A stretch of 64,000 bases of DNA from the human T2T-CHM13v2.0 reference genome, Homo sapiens: the NCBI RefSeq assembly GCF_009914755.1, contig NC_060937.1, one strand, 5' to 3'. The position numbers and the translations under genes were made by a program. The notes beneath the pieces were generated by a model that saw nothing but the letters and a program-made list of their open reading frames with translations, had not been told where the DNA came from and made no database searches. The number at the start of each line of letters is the position of its first letter. The first letter of the stretch is position 1. Positions 29,296 to 45,239 of the stretch are shown one piece after another.

Positions 29296-29660
29296 TTTGT
29301 GGCTACTGTGAATGGGATTACACTCTTGATTTGGCACACAAGTTGGAGGTTATCAATGTATAGAAATGCTACTAATTTTTGTACATCATTGATTTTGTAT
29401 CTTGAAACTTTGCTGAAGTTGTTTATCAGATCCAGGAGCTCTGGGGCAGAAACTATAGGATTTTCTAGGTATAAAATCATATTGTCTGTGAAGAGAGATA
29501 GTTGACTTCTTTTCTTCCTATTTGGACGTCTTTTATTTCTTTCTCTTCCCTGGTGTCTCTGGCTAGGACTTCCAGTGCTATGTTGAATAGGAGTGGTGAG
29601 AATGGGCATCCTCATCCTGTTATTCCAGTTCTCAAGAGCAATTCTTCCAGCTTTTCCCAA
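29289..29660 (-). pseudogene. L1 ORF2p reverse-transcriptase remnant with degenerate catalytic motif
   Basis: [40 protein letters not shown] corresponds to L1 RT KLSLFADDMIVYLENP...FSKVSGYKIN; FADD mutated to FTDN. Confidence 0.9.
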
Positions 29661-30634
29661 TCAAGTATGGTGTTGTCTGTGGGTTTGTAATAAATGGCTC
29701 TCATTATTTTGAGGTATGTTCCTTCCATGCCCAGTTTTAACATGAAGGGACATTGAATTTTATCAAAACCTTTTCTGTATCTCTTGAGATGATCACATGT
29801 TGTTTTTAGTTCTATTTATGAGGTGAATCATATTAATTGATTTGCATATGTTGAACCAACCTTGCATCCCAGGGATAAAGCCTACTTGATCATGGTGGAT
29901 TAGCCTTATAATGTGCTATTTGATTGATTTTGTTGAGGATTTTTGCATCTATGTTCATCAGGGATATTGGCCTGAAGTTTTCATATTTCTTGTGTCTCTG
30001 CTAGTTTTGAAATCAGAAGAATTCTGCTTCATAGAATGAGTTAGAATGGAGTCCCTCCTCCTGAATTTTTTGGAATAGTTTCAGTAGGATTGGTACCAGT
30101 TCTTCTTTACATGTCTTGTAGAATTTTGCTGTGAATTCATCTGGTCCAGGCTTTTTCTGGTTGGCAGGCTTTTTATTACTGATTCAATTTTGGAAGTCGC
30201 TATTGGTCTGTTCTGGGTTCATTTTCTTCTTGTTTCAATCTTAGGAGGTTGTATGATTCCAGGAATTTATTCATTTCTTCTAAGCTTTCTAGTTTGTGTG
30301 CATAGAGGTGTTCCTAATACTCTCTGAGTGTTTTTTTGTACTTCTGTGGGGTCGGTGGTAATGTCAGCTTTGTCATTTCTGATTGTATTTATTTGGACCT
30401 TCTCTCCCTTTTTCTTTCTTTATTAATCTAGCTAGTAATTTATCAATCTTATTTATTCTTCCAAAGAACCAACTTTTGGTTTCTTGATCATTTTAATGTT
30501 TTTTTTTCTATCTCAATTTTATTCAGTTTAGCTCTGATTATGGTTATTTCTTTTCTTCTGCTAGATTTTGGGGTTGGTTTGCCCTTGTTTTTCTAGTTCC
30601 TCTAGGTGTGATGTTAGGTTGTTAATTTGATCGC

Positions 30635-30776
30635 TTTCTTTCTTGCTTGCTTGCTTTTATTTATTTATTTCTTTCCTTCTTTCTTTCTTTCTTTTTCTTT
30701 CTTTCAGACAGGGTCTCACTGTATCACTCAGACTGGCATGCACTGGCATGATCACAGCTCACTTCAGCCTCAACTG
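30635..30776 (-). mobile_element. Partial FLAM/AluJ monomer with (CTTT)n-type tail inside L1
   Basis: CAGACAGGGTCTCACTGTATCACTCAGACTGG..GATCACAGCTCACTTCAGCCTCAACT. Confidence 0.8.
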
Positions 30777-32629
30777 AGCCCAAGAATCTTTCTAACTTTT
30801 TTATGTGGGTGGTTAGCGTCACACATATTTTAAACTAAACATATTCCAAACTGATAGAAGATATTTTGCCTCAAGCTTGCTTCTCCTCCAATGTTCCCTA
30901 TCTAACAAAGAAGCTAATCTCCATTCCCAACAGAAACCACTTGTTAAATCCTGCTGATTTTACTTCCTACACATTTTGAAGCCCTCCTGCTTATTGCTAC
31001 TGCCACTGCAAGTCTCCTGGTGCAAGCCACACTCATCTCTTCAACAGATAACCTTATAATTATTCTGTGCTCATATCTTTTTTATTCTATGCTCCACTCA
31101 GGAACTAGAATGATTTTTTAAAGAATTAAATATGATCTACAAGCCACTTCATACTTTCGGCTCTGTTTAAAACTCCAGAGTTAGGATCAACTTTATCTCT
31201 ACCGTCCATACACTACTCTTAGCCTAGTTCTAGGCATTACCCTCTATTTGCACTGATCTTCTTTCTACTTTTCCAATGCCACAAGACTTGTCCCTATCTC
31301 AGGACATTTGTATTTGCTATTCTCTGCCAGGAACATTCTGCTTACATACCACTTTTTCATATACCCCTGTCTGGTCTCATAGACTGCATTAGGCATAACT
31401 TGATAATCACATGGCATGTTTTATGTGTGTATATCTGAATTTATATTGCATGATTGTTTCATGGACCAAAATCCAGTCCATCGTTCCACTGCCATATCTA
31501 AGACTGACACTTCCCTAACACACAGTGATTTCATAAAAAGTTTAACATATGAATATATCAATTCATAGATGATATGAATAACTTTTTTATTACAGAAGCT
31601 GGGAAGGGTCAGTTGCAATGAAAAAATTTCAAACTATGCTGTCAATAATATGAGATTTTCTTATGTAAAAACTGCAAAGTTATGCCTCCTGATGAAATTA
31701 TAAAATAAATCACTGAAAAATAATACATGCAATTTAAAGAAATATATTCAACATTTTGAAAGAGTTCATGGATTAGACCAAAACTAAAATGCTAAACTGT
31801 AAATTCTCATATGAAAAGTTAAAAGAAAATTAAAATACTCAAAAATAAAAATATTTAAAAAGAAAATAAGATTGATAGTTTAAATATTAAACTACAAAAT
31901 TAAGAAAATAAAAAGCAAAACTACAAAGAGAAAATTTGAAACCAGAAAAATATAGTCAAGGTAATAAAAAAAATCAATCAAATTATGCAAAGAAAATATT
32001 AATACTAAAGTATATTAAAGCATGTTTGAACTGGAAGCATTAGAAATAAACAGGCTGAAAGAATTACAATGATGTTTGAAAATTTACAGGAGCATAAAAT
32101 GAATACAGATATAGGTAAATAAAATAAAAGTGTGGAAATATGGTTATATAAATTGAAATTCAAAAGAAAGAATTATAAATTGCTAGAAAATATACTATAA
32201 CAGTAAACAGCCAGTAGATTTTTATAATAAAGAAAAAAATTCTTAATATTCAAGAAAAGACATAACCAAAAGCAAAAAAAAATGAAAACAGAATCTTCTG
32301 AGATGAAATATTTTCCAGAGCACAGAGAACAGGATGAGGCCCTTAGAGGTAGAAAGAGAAGGGTGAGGGAAAGAGAGCAGCTCATCAACATTTGGGACAA
32401 CTCACATTAGGCAGTTCAAACTGTCACCACCAGCTGTCCTTTCCAGGTTCACCTGGAAATACTGCTGTAGTAGTCTATTAAAATTTTAGTAACATTTTGC
32501 ATAGAGTAAGTTTTCGAAGAGTATTAAAGAAACTGAAGATTGAGTCTACACTTGGATTTAGTATTTCAATAACTGTTACCTGTTCACAATTTTCACCCAC
32601 CAATCATTGACTTTAAAATAAATCACATA

Positions 32630-32765
32630 GGACTATATATATATGAATATATGGTACTATGTTTATATATAAATATAGGTCTATATATACACACATTATA
32701 TTTATATGACTATATATAGTATATATTTATTTAAAACTCTCTATCTTATATATAAATATATATTT
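32630..32765. repeat. Degenerate (TA)n tract
   Basis: Direct reading. Confidence 0.8.
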
Positions 32766-32939
32766 GTCCTTAATCACAAAACACATTTGCATATAACATA
32801 GTTGAAATCAGAAAATAATATCTGTAGTTCGGACTTCCTTGATATTAATTCTCTCAGAAAAATTTAACAAAACCTGGAAAATAAGATGAGAAGTACTAGA
32901 GAGTACTAATTTCAACCTCTACAAACAAAGTATTTAAAC

Positions 32940-33880
32940 CACGCATTCATTCATTTTATTCACTTAAAAATGTTTTCCAATTATATGACTTCTGGGCATG
33001 TGACAAGCCTTGAATATACATGGCCAAGAAGCAACTGAAATCCTCTACTTTCAGGAGCCTGCATTTCTTGTAGAAGATATGTATTAAAAAGTATTTGATC
33101 TCATCCTACATGGCAACTATAATTATGAAGGAAGCGCAACACACCTCAGGTAAGTATCATAGGTAGACTCTACCTCATTTAAGGGTCTATTTTGCCACAC
33201 CAAAAAGTGACTTTTGATCTGAAGCCCACAGCATGAGACAGATTGCCTAGGCAAGCACGCCAAGGGTACAGAAGTAGGAGTGTCTTAAACAGAAGAAACA
33301 GCATATGGAAGTGGTTTTCCAAATTTAACATGTATCAGAAACACCTGGAGGGCTTGTGAAAGTGTAGACTGCTGGGATCTGCGCACAGGGTTTCTGATTC
33401 AGAAGTCTAGGATGTGACCCCAAAGGTTGCTTTTCTAATAAATGCCCAGATGAGGTTGATACTGCTGTTCTAGGAACCTACTTTGAAAAACATTACTATA
33501 TAATATATTTTTGACATGAGAGAGCACTGATCAAGTGAGGGATGAAAATAAGCCAGCATTCTTAAAAGACGAAAGAAAATGGGAAGCAATCTCAAGGTGC
33601 AATTTCTAGGGAGATCAAGACCACGCCATCGAGCATTTCTTAAGCTTTCGTTAAAGATCTTTATCTATAGGTATTGGAGAGACATCAAAGCTTTTAAGCA
33701 GGAAGGAACAATTTGATGGGTTAAAAAAATTTCATTCTAGCTATGAATGTAGGTAGAGAAGGGTTGGATAAGCATACAGGGCTGAGAATATCAGCAAGAG
33801 CATGGTAGTTGTGATGGTCTATGGTGATTAAGTGAATAAAAAAGGCACAAAAAAATAGGAGCTTGACAAGTTACTTGGAG
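32940..33880 (+). mobile_element. L2 3' region interrupted by MER5A
   Basis: CATTCATTCATT start and L2 motifs (TTTTAAGCAGGAAG, TGACTTTTGATCTGAAG); strand follows the ATTCATTC-leading reading. Confidence 0.6.
33309..33497. mobile_element. MER5A hAT transposon
   Basis: AGTGGTTTTCCAAATT..ATCAGAAACACCTGGAGGGCTTGTGAAA..GTTTCTGATTCAG..ACTTTGAAAAACATTAC. Confidence 0.85.
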
Positions 33881-36800
33881 TTAAAAACAAACAAAACAAC
33901 TAATAAACAAAGTGGATCGTTTATTTTAATGAGACCAAATATAGCGCACTGATTTAAAAAGAAATAATTCTGAATTTTATCGGTCTCTTGGATAAGGAAT
34001 AACAGAAGAAGGGGATACTTCTGATTCCAATAAAATAAAGAAGTAGGTTACCATGAAAATCTTCCTACAAATAGCTAAACACTCTGGATTAAATCCAGCT
34101 TTTTAAAATAATGCTAGAGCTAAAATTGGCAGCAAAATCTGCAGGGGCTATAAGTTAAGAGGAAGCTAACAATCAGGAAACAGAGAGGTTGGCAATTGCT
34201 CAACTGAGCCCTAAAGTGATGAGAGGCTTGGGAAATATCAGACATTTCTGCCCCAAAGATTGGGAGGAAATCAAACTCATGAATGGGATGAAAGCCCTGA
34301 CCTTTGGCAATGCTAAAATCTCAGTGACAAGATAACTTAGGTTGCCCAAAACATGAAGTTGAGAGATAATATAATGATGAGGCTACTTATGTCTATACTT
34401 GGGGGCTGAGGGTAAGGGTATTTTTCCAAAAAATGTTGAGTTCTCATGCTGGCACCTTGCTTTCTATTCATTTGATTTTATATTACTGAAGAGCTGTTTA
34501 ATGATCAGGCCCATATGAATATAAAAATCAGCCCCAAGACAATGACAATCTAGTATAAGCAACAGATACAAACTCAAGGCCAACTTGGAGAATACTTCAA
34601 ATACTGAATAGAAATAAGTAAAGGAAAAAGGAAATCATATCTAATAAAAAGAAATTATCCACCATACAGAAAAGGAGCAGGCGTAACAATAAGCAGGGTT
34701 AGTCGCCACAAAACTTGAGATAAGAGGAAAACTAAAAAAGTCTAATGAAATCAGTAGTCTTAAAAAGATGACATGATAGGAAGAGAAGTGTTAAAAAAGA
34801 AAAAAAATAGGTATGAAAGAGAGTAACACATACCGGAAAAGGGATAAAATACATCCTTTGAAAGAACAAAGAGTTATTCAAATTGAATTCTTAATGAATT
34901 ACTTAAACAGCAGATTAGATATTGTTAAAAAGAGGAATAGGGAATTAAATGATATATGTGATGATATTACCTAGTGTAACCATCAAAGATGTATTGCAAA
35001 TGATAAAGAAAAAAATGCTGCCATGGCAATATTAATATCATAAAAATATACTTTAAGAAGTAAATAAATGCAACTAGGAATAGAGAAAGCTAATGAATAA
35101 TAATATTTAAAAAAAAGTATAACAAGTATACATAAGATGTAATATCCTAAACCGGTGACACATACTGTTATAAGACCAAAGTATATGAAATGAAATTCAC
35201 AAATTTATCCCCCAGAACCAACTAATGCACAACATAATTAGGAATTTTAACATCTTCTATTTATAATAACCCTTTTTCAAAATGTTTTAAAACAAGTGAT
35301 CCACACAGACATGAAAAGAATTAAAGAATATAAAAATATAATTAGCAAGGTGAAAGAGAGATTGTTACATCACATATAAAAACATGAATATAATTTTGAA
35401 GTGTAGATAGATAATTCCAATCACCAACATAGGACACAAAAAAAGTCTCAACAAATACAAAGACAGATGACATATCATGCACACACCATAAAATGCTGAA
35501 TTCATATTTTGAAAAATCACCAAAAGCATCATACTTTGGAAAACAAAAAATATATATTTAAATAATTCATGTGTTATAAAACAAATAACAGAACATACAA
35601 AAGACACAATACTGATTAATGATAATATTAGCAAATGATATCTCAAAACATGGAGGCTGCAACTGTAGCAGTACTTTGAGGGACATTTTCCATTTTAAAA
35701 TTAATTTCCACAAAAAGGCTGAGAAATGCATGATAAATATTTAGTTCAGAGAGTTAGATAAATAACAAAAGGGTAAGCACAAAAAATATTTGTGTAAGAA
35801 CATAATCAATATAAGATATGTCTATGGAAAATATTTTTTAACCTGATTCTTTAAAAAACAAATACTGTTGATAAAACTCTGCCATGATGAATCAAGAAAA
35901 TATAAAGAATATAAACATGCAAACACTAGAAATTAAAATAATGTAAAACAATAAATTCAATGGCTTAAAAATCAAAATCGTCTAAATAGCTTTACAATCT
36001 ACATAGAATAGAAATTTTCAAAAAGTAAAAATTATTAAAACTGATTCAAAATGAAATGTAAGCCTCAATAAACTACTTGTAAAACTTAAAGCTGTAGTTT
36101 AATTTCTCTAGTTTAAAATCTATTTAAGAAATTTCTATAAAACCCTAAAAGAAGTAATCTCAAAATTATATAAACTGTCCCAAAGACTTAAAAGAGGCCA
36201 GAGAACTGAGAAAGAGCTTCCAAACTCATTTTATAAGGCTACCATAGCTGTAATAGCAAAACTAGGCAAAGATAGCCTGAAAAAGGAAAATTATAGATAA
36301 ATCAAAGTCAAGATTAGATATGCAGAAATGTGAAGTGTAATATTGGCATCACAGCACTCTCACCAAAATTATGAAAGTGAATAAAACACCATGAACAAAC
36401 TAGGTTTAACCTCTAATGGCCATAATGGTATCATTAGCATTAGACAAACTATATGTTAAATTCTTACCATATTAACAGATTAGAGAGGAAAAGGTGATGT
36501 GATCATTTCAATTCATGTAAAAATAATAATAATTAACAACCAATATATCTAACTGAACCAGTGCATTCAGAAATTAAGGAGAGAAGATAATTCCCTTCAT
36601 TTGATAGTAAATAACTATCAAACTATCCAAAATAATATATAATGGTAAAATTTTAGAAGCAGTTCAATTAGATTATGAAACAGACAAAAGTTATCACTAT
36701 TACTATGTGTGCACAGCGTTTTATTGGAGGTCTTGCACCACGGAACAACATATAAGTAGGAAAAAATAAATAAATAATTAGGAGGAAAAACTCAAACAGC

Positions 36801-36978
36801 AAAACTCTTGTTATAAAAAAAGATGAAAAATGTGATTCTATAATAGAATATTTGAGAGAATATGAGATGATACCAACATTAATAGAATTCTTATAACTGA
36901 GTAAACATGTCAATGTATAATAAAAATGAAGATACTGTCAAATTCTGCTGCATACCTGGAAGGGGGAAAAAAATCTAA

Positions 36979-37310
<332 letters not shown>

Positions 37311-37618
37311 TATGCTAGTTTTTAATAAAGTCAATTACAATAATTTGTCAAAGAACTTAAAAGTAAGACATATACTTTTAAAAACATACATGTTTCTCAT
37401 AAATATATAGAAGTATATTATTCAACGTATATTTTTCTCAAATCATAACTCCATGCAATTCCAATAAAATTTCCACCAGTTTCTTTCTAATGAAACTGAA
37501 GAAAAAACGATGTAAGCTTCATATGGAGGAAGAAAAGCCCAAGAATGGCCAAAACAAATTGGAAGAACTAAATTTGTTATTTACTACTTAGGTAAATTCA
37601 TTATGAAGCTACAGTAAT

Positions 37619-37706
37619 GGGAGGCGGTGGTTGCAGTGAGCCAAGATCGCTCCACTGCACTCCAGCCTGGTGACAGAGTGAGACTCCATTAAAAAAAAAA
37701 AAAAAA
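37619..37706 (+). mobile_element. Severely 5'-truncated Alu (3' end of right arm plus A tail)
   Basis: GGGAGGCGGTGGTTGCAGTGAGCCAAGATCGCTCCACTGCACTCCAGCCTGGTGACAGAGTGAGACTCC-A tail. Confidence 0.9.
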
Positions 37707-39055
37707 GTGTGTTATTGGTATCATGGTAGACAGTATACATGTTCTGAAGGAACTAACCATGCAGCATATGTACATGTAAAATTTTGTAAATGTATTGTAA
37801 CTTTTTACGACAGGTGAATTTGCAAAGCAGCATGAAAAAATATGTTCTTACTGCATAGCCTACACAAATAACATCTATAAGGCCTCAAAAGGAAAAAAAC
37901 AAACTAAAAGCTAGATAATTTTTCTATATTGAAATAAACATGTCCTAAATTGAAAGATATCCACATCTGGGAGATGATATTTTCAAAATACATAACTGAA
38001 GAAATGATTAGCATACTGAGTATATAAATAATTAAAATCCTAATTATGCACAAGTTTAAAAAATAAAAATTATCAAATCATATAAACAAGTTATTCATAG
38101 CTTTCAAGACAAATGAATCAAAAAGAAGAAAATATGAAAGATAATTGCTTGTACAAATAAACAGAAAAATGTATGCTAAAACATAACTATCAAATTAGTG
38201 AAATATGCGCAAATTGGATAACTCTAAGTATAACAACACGGAGGAACCATCATACTCATACGCACAAGGATGTATGCCCTCTGATGCTTATAGCTGTATT
38301 ATTTGCCATCAAAATAGAGTAGAAAGTTCTCTAATACTAGGAGGATAAATAAAGATGTTCTATTGAACAATGGAATGATAATCAGTAGTTTAAGTGTATT
38401 GGCTAGATATACATTTTACAGTCTTTATTTTGAATGAACAAGCCAAATGATCCATATAATAAGATACAGTTTATGCAAAATTTTAAAAAAGTAGAAAAGA
38501 AATGATACTATTATTTTTGTATATCTCTATCGTCTACCTATGTATCTATCTATCTGTGAACCATCTGTAGAAATTTCTATATCTAAACATAGCTATAGAT
38601 ATGTTAAGTCTAAAGTAATCTTGGATTATGATATAAAACAAGGGATACCACTGGGCCAGGGAGAAAGATCCTGTTTTAGGCAGTATTAAGAGCTGCATTT
38701 AAGGGAAAGAAAGAGAAAGTAAAAATCACAAAATATTAACATGTACTTGCTACTATTTTTTATACTTTTTACTATGTTTGAAATATTTTATAGTTAAAAT
38801 GTCCTTCAATCTACCTTTAAAAAACAGGAAAATGTGTATTTTGTAAAATACTAAAGTATTGGCACTTTCTCAAAAAGCAGGGGCACTTTTCTTACTCAGA
38901 ATTCTACATGAATCCCCACTAAGAGTCCATGCTTAATAAAAGTTAGCCGTATTTATGACACCACACAGAGGAAAGGAGAGCTTCTGGAAAACAAGTGATA
39001 TATTACTGCTACAGAGTCTGAGCCACATTGCCATAGTAGAATTGAGACGCCACTA

Positions 39056-40003
<948 letters not shown>

Positions 40004-40159
40004 CATCTGACAGTACTTAAATGTCCATGGTCAGGTAACATACAAACAGGGTTGAAACCCAATTATTTAATTACAAGTTAATTTCTGAAAATGTGCCCAA
40101 CTGGTTATGATAAGTAAGGCACAAGGCTTGTCTTGTTGCCTTAAGTCTATTCAGGAGAA

Positions 40160-40325
40160 AAATCCTTGTTATGAGTGTGGTCCATGGATAAAAAGCATCA
40201 GCACCATCTGGGAGCTTGTTAAAAATACAGAATCGAAGTCAATTTCCTAAACCTATAGAATCAAAGTCTGCCTTTTAATGGACAGATGTATGTGCATTTG
40301 CATTTGCATTTGAAAGGCATCGCTG
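40160..40325. mobile_element. MER5-family hAT element
   Basis: AGTGTGGTCCATGGA..AGCATCAGCACCATCTGGGAGCTTGTTAAAAATACAGAATC. Confidence 0.75.
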
Positions 40326-42954
40326 TAAAAGTAGTTATTGGAATAAATCTTGATGCTTCCTTGAGGAGACATTTAAAAAGCACTCACTCATTAAAACATA
40401 TCAATTGTTCTGCCCATTTTCTAAGGAGACAAGTGAAAAGAAAAACAACATACCTTCAGTAAAAACCACTTTCAAAAAGGCAATTTGTATCTGATTTATC
40501 TGAACACAGAAGATTAAAATGAGCTTGAATGATTTGTTTATTTTATATTCCATTTTCAATCAGGAAATAAAGTCAATTATCCAATGCCATACTTTAAGTC
40601 AAACCTCCAAGGTTTTCTGACAAATCAATAGAAAGCAACAAATTTCTTTTTCTTAAGAGATAGATAACAGGAATACTGGATTCTACTGTGACCTGTGTCC
40701 AGATCCCAGTTTGATGCTGAGTCTGATACAAAGTATCTTTATGACCAGAGGAAAATACAACAAAACAGAATAAACAAACTATTAAGCTTCACTGTGCCTT
40801 AGTTTGCTAATGTAAAAAAGAAAATATTATACAAACACCTTTGTGTTTTGTTAGACAAATGAGTACATGCAAGAGATGTTTTTCTCAGTTAAATATTAAT
40901 TTGCATCCATAATAGCATTTTTCAAATCTCACCCTCGTTCCAAAGGTAAATTTCCTGCCAACAATGGTTGACAGAGACTGTTTTTTTTTTTTTTTTAACT
41001 TCAATTTTCTGTAGAAAAATGTGATGCTGGAGCCTATTTTATACTTTGCTTTTCATTTTTGGTGAGGTTTCAATTCTACATACTGTTCTTCTGATCTCTA
41101 CAATGAAAGTTTTGTTACAAACCAAAGAACACCAGAAATTTGTGTGCAAAACAAGACATCCTATTCAGAGAGCATAAAATGTTTCATCTTGACTTTTGAT
41201 GAAAAGCTTAGAAAACTAGAATTGATTCAGTGAAGCTGCACTTCACTGCTGAACTTCACTGTTTTAAAAGTTTCAATTTAAAAAGGAGAGCATACGTTGA
41301 ATAATGAGTATTTTCCAGGCATGTGAATTGTTTTAAATGAATCAATGTTATGTTTAGACAATTTCAGAAAACGTAATGCAGGATCATTGATATTTCTATT
41401 TTTTAATAATAATCATCCTCCTAAAGAAAACAAATATATTTAAAATTAGGAAATCACAATTACAACGTCTAGCTCAAAACCCTACAAATATCAGGGGAGG
41501 TTGACTATTCTGTAATAGTATACATTGGATCCCTTCGGTTATTTTAGCAAAATTTAGCTAACGAAATTTACATTATGTGTTAAACTATTTCACATTCTCT
41601 GAATAACTCAAAGATGAAAACATCGTATCTAATTTATTTTGTTAAATTCTTCCTCTTACATCTTTGTATTGTACTATTGTTGCTCTTTCTGATGCAAGTA
41701 CCAGGAAGACAGCTATTTAATTCTTGTCTCCCTTAGAAAAGTATCTGTGAATTAGCACTGACTTTAGCAGGAAAATTAAAAAGAAAAAGAAAATACAACT
41801 GTGTTAAAACTATAGCTGTGTGATTTCTATCAATAAAAAATAAAATTCAAATATGATTGTTTTTTCATGAGTGTTGTTGATAATGTCATGTGAATAAATA
41901 CAGGGGGCAAATGTTTAAAACTCCTACCTAAATTCCAGGTTCAATTCCAACAGGTAAAGTGATTGGAAATTATCACTCTTACCCTTGTAACAAGAAAAAA
42001 TACTTGACAAAACTTAAAATCAATGACTTTACTTAGACTCATCAGAAACTGAAGTTTCAGGGCAAATTGCCTGCCCCAAATCTGGAGAGACAAGAGAATA
42101 CAGAGAATTATAGCCAAGATCGATCAATCAGTTTACCTACAGCAGAAGCCCCTGGAGCCCCACACTGGTAGGAATGCCTAAGTGGTAACTGATGAATTGC
42201 TGGAGACAGAGTGTAGACCAACATGAAAGCGGCCAAATACTTAGGAGAAGAACAACTCTTCATAGGATTTTCCTCTAAGAAGCCAACTGGGTTTTTCATT
42301 GTGAAGAGGCAAGCAAAAACGAACAAACAAACCCCAAACCGATAAACAAACAAACAAACAAAACTTAGTGTTTCTAGTGGGGAGGGGCAGAGAAGGAAAA
42401 AAAAATTGGAAACAAGCCCAGAGAGTTCTCCAGAACAAAGACCTACCTATTAGCAGGGCTGAGACTCTACAAGATATTTTTTCTACTTAGGAGAAGAGAA
42501 TTATCCAATGAGGACATACTCCAGCCTTCCTGTATTATGAAGAAAGAGGAGAGAGATGGTGAGAAACAGTAGTGAAGTTCACATCCAAGGTGCACAGAAC
42601 CACCAAAACACTGACACTGAGCTTAATCCTAAAATTACATGTTCTCTTCTCTCCACAATTCATCACATCAGCCCAGCTCTAGAATAATGATGGATTATAG
42701 GTAAAACAACAAGGCAGAGATGCTAATTAAGAAAGAGATTTTAGGGTAACCTAAAGACAAAAGGGGATACAAAAATAAGTGCACAAGAGAAAACAGACAC
42801 TTCTAGCCCCAAGAAGATGTAAATTCTTCATTACTAGTCACCTAACTGTAATGTGTCAACATACGCAAGGCAAAATAAATAAATTAACTAGTGAAAAGAG
42901 AAATAGAGACAAATCCACAATTACAACTAGACTTCAACATCCATCTTTCAGTAG

Positions 42955-43846
42955 TGTTAAAATAAAAATGTTATAGACAAATTAAATTTAACAGTGTTGA
43001 ATTGAGCAAAGAATGATTTCCAAATTGGGGAGAATCCCATCCAAATAGGTTCAGAATGACTCCTGAGCTGCCATGAGGTCAGGAAGGATTTATGAACAGA
43101 GAAAGGAAAGTGCAGAAAACAGAGGTGGAGTACAGAAATGGCTGGATTGGTTATAGCTTGGTGTTTGCCTTACTTGAGCATGGCTTGGAGAGTTGGTCAT
43201 GTGAAAGGAAAACATCTTGGGCCTCCAAAATCACTAAGCTATAGGGAAAAGTCAAGCTGGGAACTGCTTAGGGCAAACCTGCCTTCCATTATGTTCAAAG
43301 TCATCCCTCTGCTCACTGAGATAAATGCATATCTGATTGCCTCCTTTGGAAAGGCTAATCAGAAACTCAAAAGAATGCAACCATTTGTCTCTCACTTACC
43401 TGTGACCTAGAAGCCCCCTCCTTGCTTAGAGTTGTCCTGCTTTTGCTTCAAGTTGTCCTGCCTTTCAGGACCAAACCAATGTTCATTTTACATATGTTGA
43501 TTGATGTCTCATATCTCCATAAAAATGTATAAAACCAGGCTGCGTTCTGAACACCTTGGGCACCTGTCATCAGGATTTCCTGAGGCTGTGTCATGGGTGT
43601 ACATCCTCAACCTTGGAAAAATAAACTTTCTAAATTGAGACCCGTCTCAAATCTAGGGGGGTTTATAGTCACCAGTGAGTGGGTGAAGTATGGCTACTGT
43701 GATTGGCTGAAACTTGACTACTTGTTACAAGAATAGGTTACTGTCTGTTTGCACACCTAGTTATGTTTCAGATCACTACATACAGAGAAACCTTTAGACC
43801 AAACTAAAATACATAAGGAGGCAGCTTTAGGCTAACCTAAACTTCA
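42955..43846 (-). mobile_element. MER57-family ERV1 solo LTR split by MER4A1
   Basis: Minus strand starts TGAAGTTTAGGTTAGCCTAAAGCTGCCTCCTTA..TAAAGGTTTCTCTGTA..CAGCCAATCACAG. Confidence 0.8.
43200..43667 (+). mobile_element. MER4A1-like ERV1 solo LTR
   Basis: TGTGAAAGGAAAACATCTTGGGCCTCCAAAATCACTAAGC..; AATAAA near 3' end; 4-bp TSD GTCA at 43196-43199 and 43668-43671. Confidence 0.88.
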
Positions 43847-44028
43847 TAGTTCATAGATTAAACAGGTACAAAATCAGTACAAATATAGGGGACCCAAACA
43901 GCACCATCTAATTGAACTTACACACATTCACTCCACCACCCATTCATGATAGAAACTCTCAGCAAACTAGGAATAGAGATAAACTTCCTCAACTCAATAA
44001 ACACCATTAACAAAAACCCTACAGTTAG

Positions 44029-44691
44029 TGTCACTGTCCAATGGGTTCTTCCTGCCTGCTGCACAAATAAAGATCACAACATTGAAGTAAAGAAAAAGTT
44101 TAATTGATGTTAGGATGGCCACACCAAGGATCAGAGAGAGTTATTACTTAAATCAAGCTTATCGAAGGCTCCTAGGTTAGGAGTTTTTCAAAGGCAGGTT
44201 AGGGGAAGTCGGGGGAGTAGCTAGCAATGGGTGCTTGCTGCTGATTAGTTAGGGTGGAGTTGAAATCATCATAGGGAGTCAAAACTGTCCTCTTGAGCTG
44301 AACTGCTTTGGGGTGGAGCCACAGGAGTGGGGTTGGCAAATCCAGGTGGAGCCGTGGGTGTTAGACATATGAAAAACCTGAAAACGTATCTCAAAAGGCT
44401 GATCTACAAAAGTAAAGTTGCATATCTCATGGCCAGTCCACATCTTGGCAGAATTCAGGTTCCTCTTCTCTTGCTAGCCGGATGGCCTTTCATTAGCTTT
44501 ACAAAGCTGATTGAGTTTTGTAGAAGGGCTATTATCATTTAAATTATAAACTAAATATCTCCCAAAGTTAGCTTAGCCTAATTCCAGGAACAATTAAGGG
44601 AAAGGCAAGATGTGGCAGTGGGAGGTGTAGATCAGGTCTCTTTCACTGTTATAATTTTCTAATTGTCATAATTTTTGCAAGGGTGTTTTTA
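44029..44691 (-). mobile_element. LTR8 (LTR8A-like) ERV1 solo LTR
   Basis: Minus strand starts ..CCTTGCAAAAATTATGACAATTAGAAAATTATAACAGTGAAAGAGA; TSD TTAG at 44025-44028 and 44692-44695. Confidence 0.82.
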
Positions 44692-44913
44692 TTAGCAGCT
44701 TACTTAATGATAGGAAACTGGACACTTTCTCTCTAAGTTTGGAAACAAGATGAGAATGCTCCCCTCACCACTCATTCATTGCAGTACTGGAATTCTTAAC
44801 TAATGCAATAAGGTAAGAAGAGAAAGGAACATTTACGTAAATTGAGAAAGAAAAAACAATATTCTATTGCAGATGCCATGATTGTCCATGGAGAAAATCC
44901 AAAACAGGAAAAT

Positions 44914-44973
44914 GAAATAAAATAAAATAAAATAAAATAAAATAAAATAAAATAAAATAAAATAAAATAAAAA
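44914..44973. repeat. (AAAAT)n pentanucleotide repeat
   Basis: Direct reading, ~11 units. Confidence 0.95.
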
Positions 44974-45239
44974 GCACACTTAGAACTAATAAGTAATTAT
45001 AATAGGGTCACCACATACAAGATTGATATGCAAAAATTAATTGCCTTCCTATATACCAGAAATGAAAAATAGATATTTAACATTAAAAACACAATACCTT
45101 TTATAATAGTGCTGAAAATGGAAACACTTAGGGATAAATCTAAGAAAGAAAATACTATCTATATGCAGAAACACTGATAAAATAATCAAAAAAGTTATAA
45201 ATAAAAGGAGAGATGTTACATGTTCTCAAACCGGGGTAG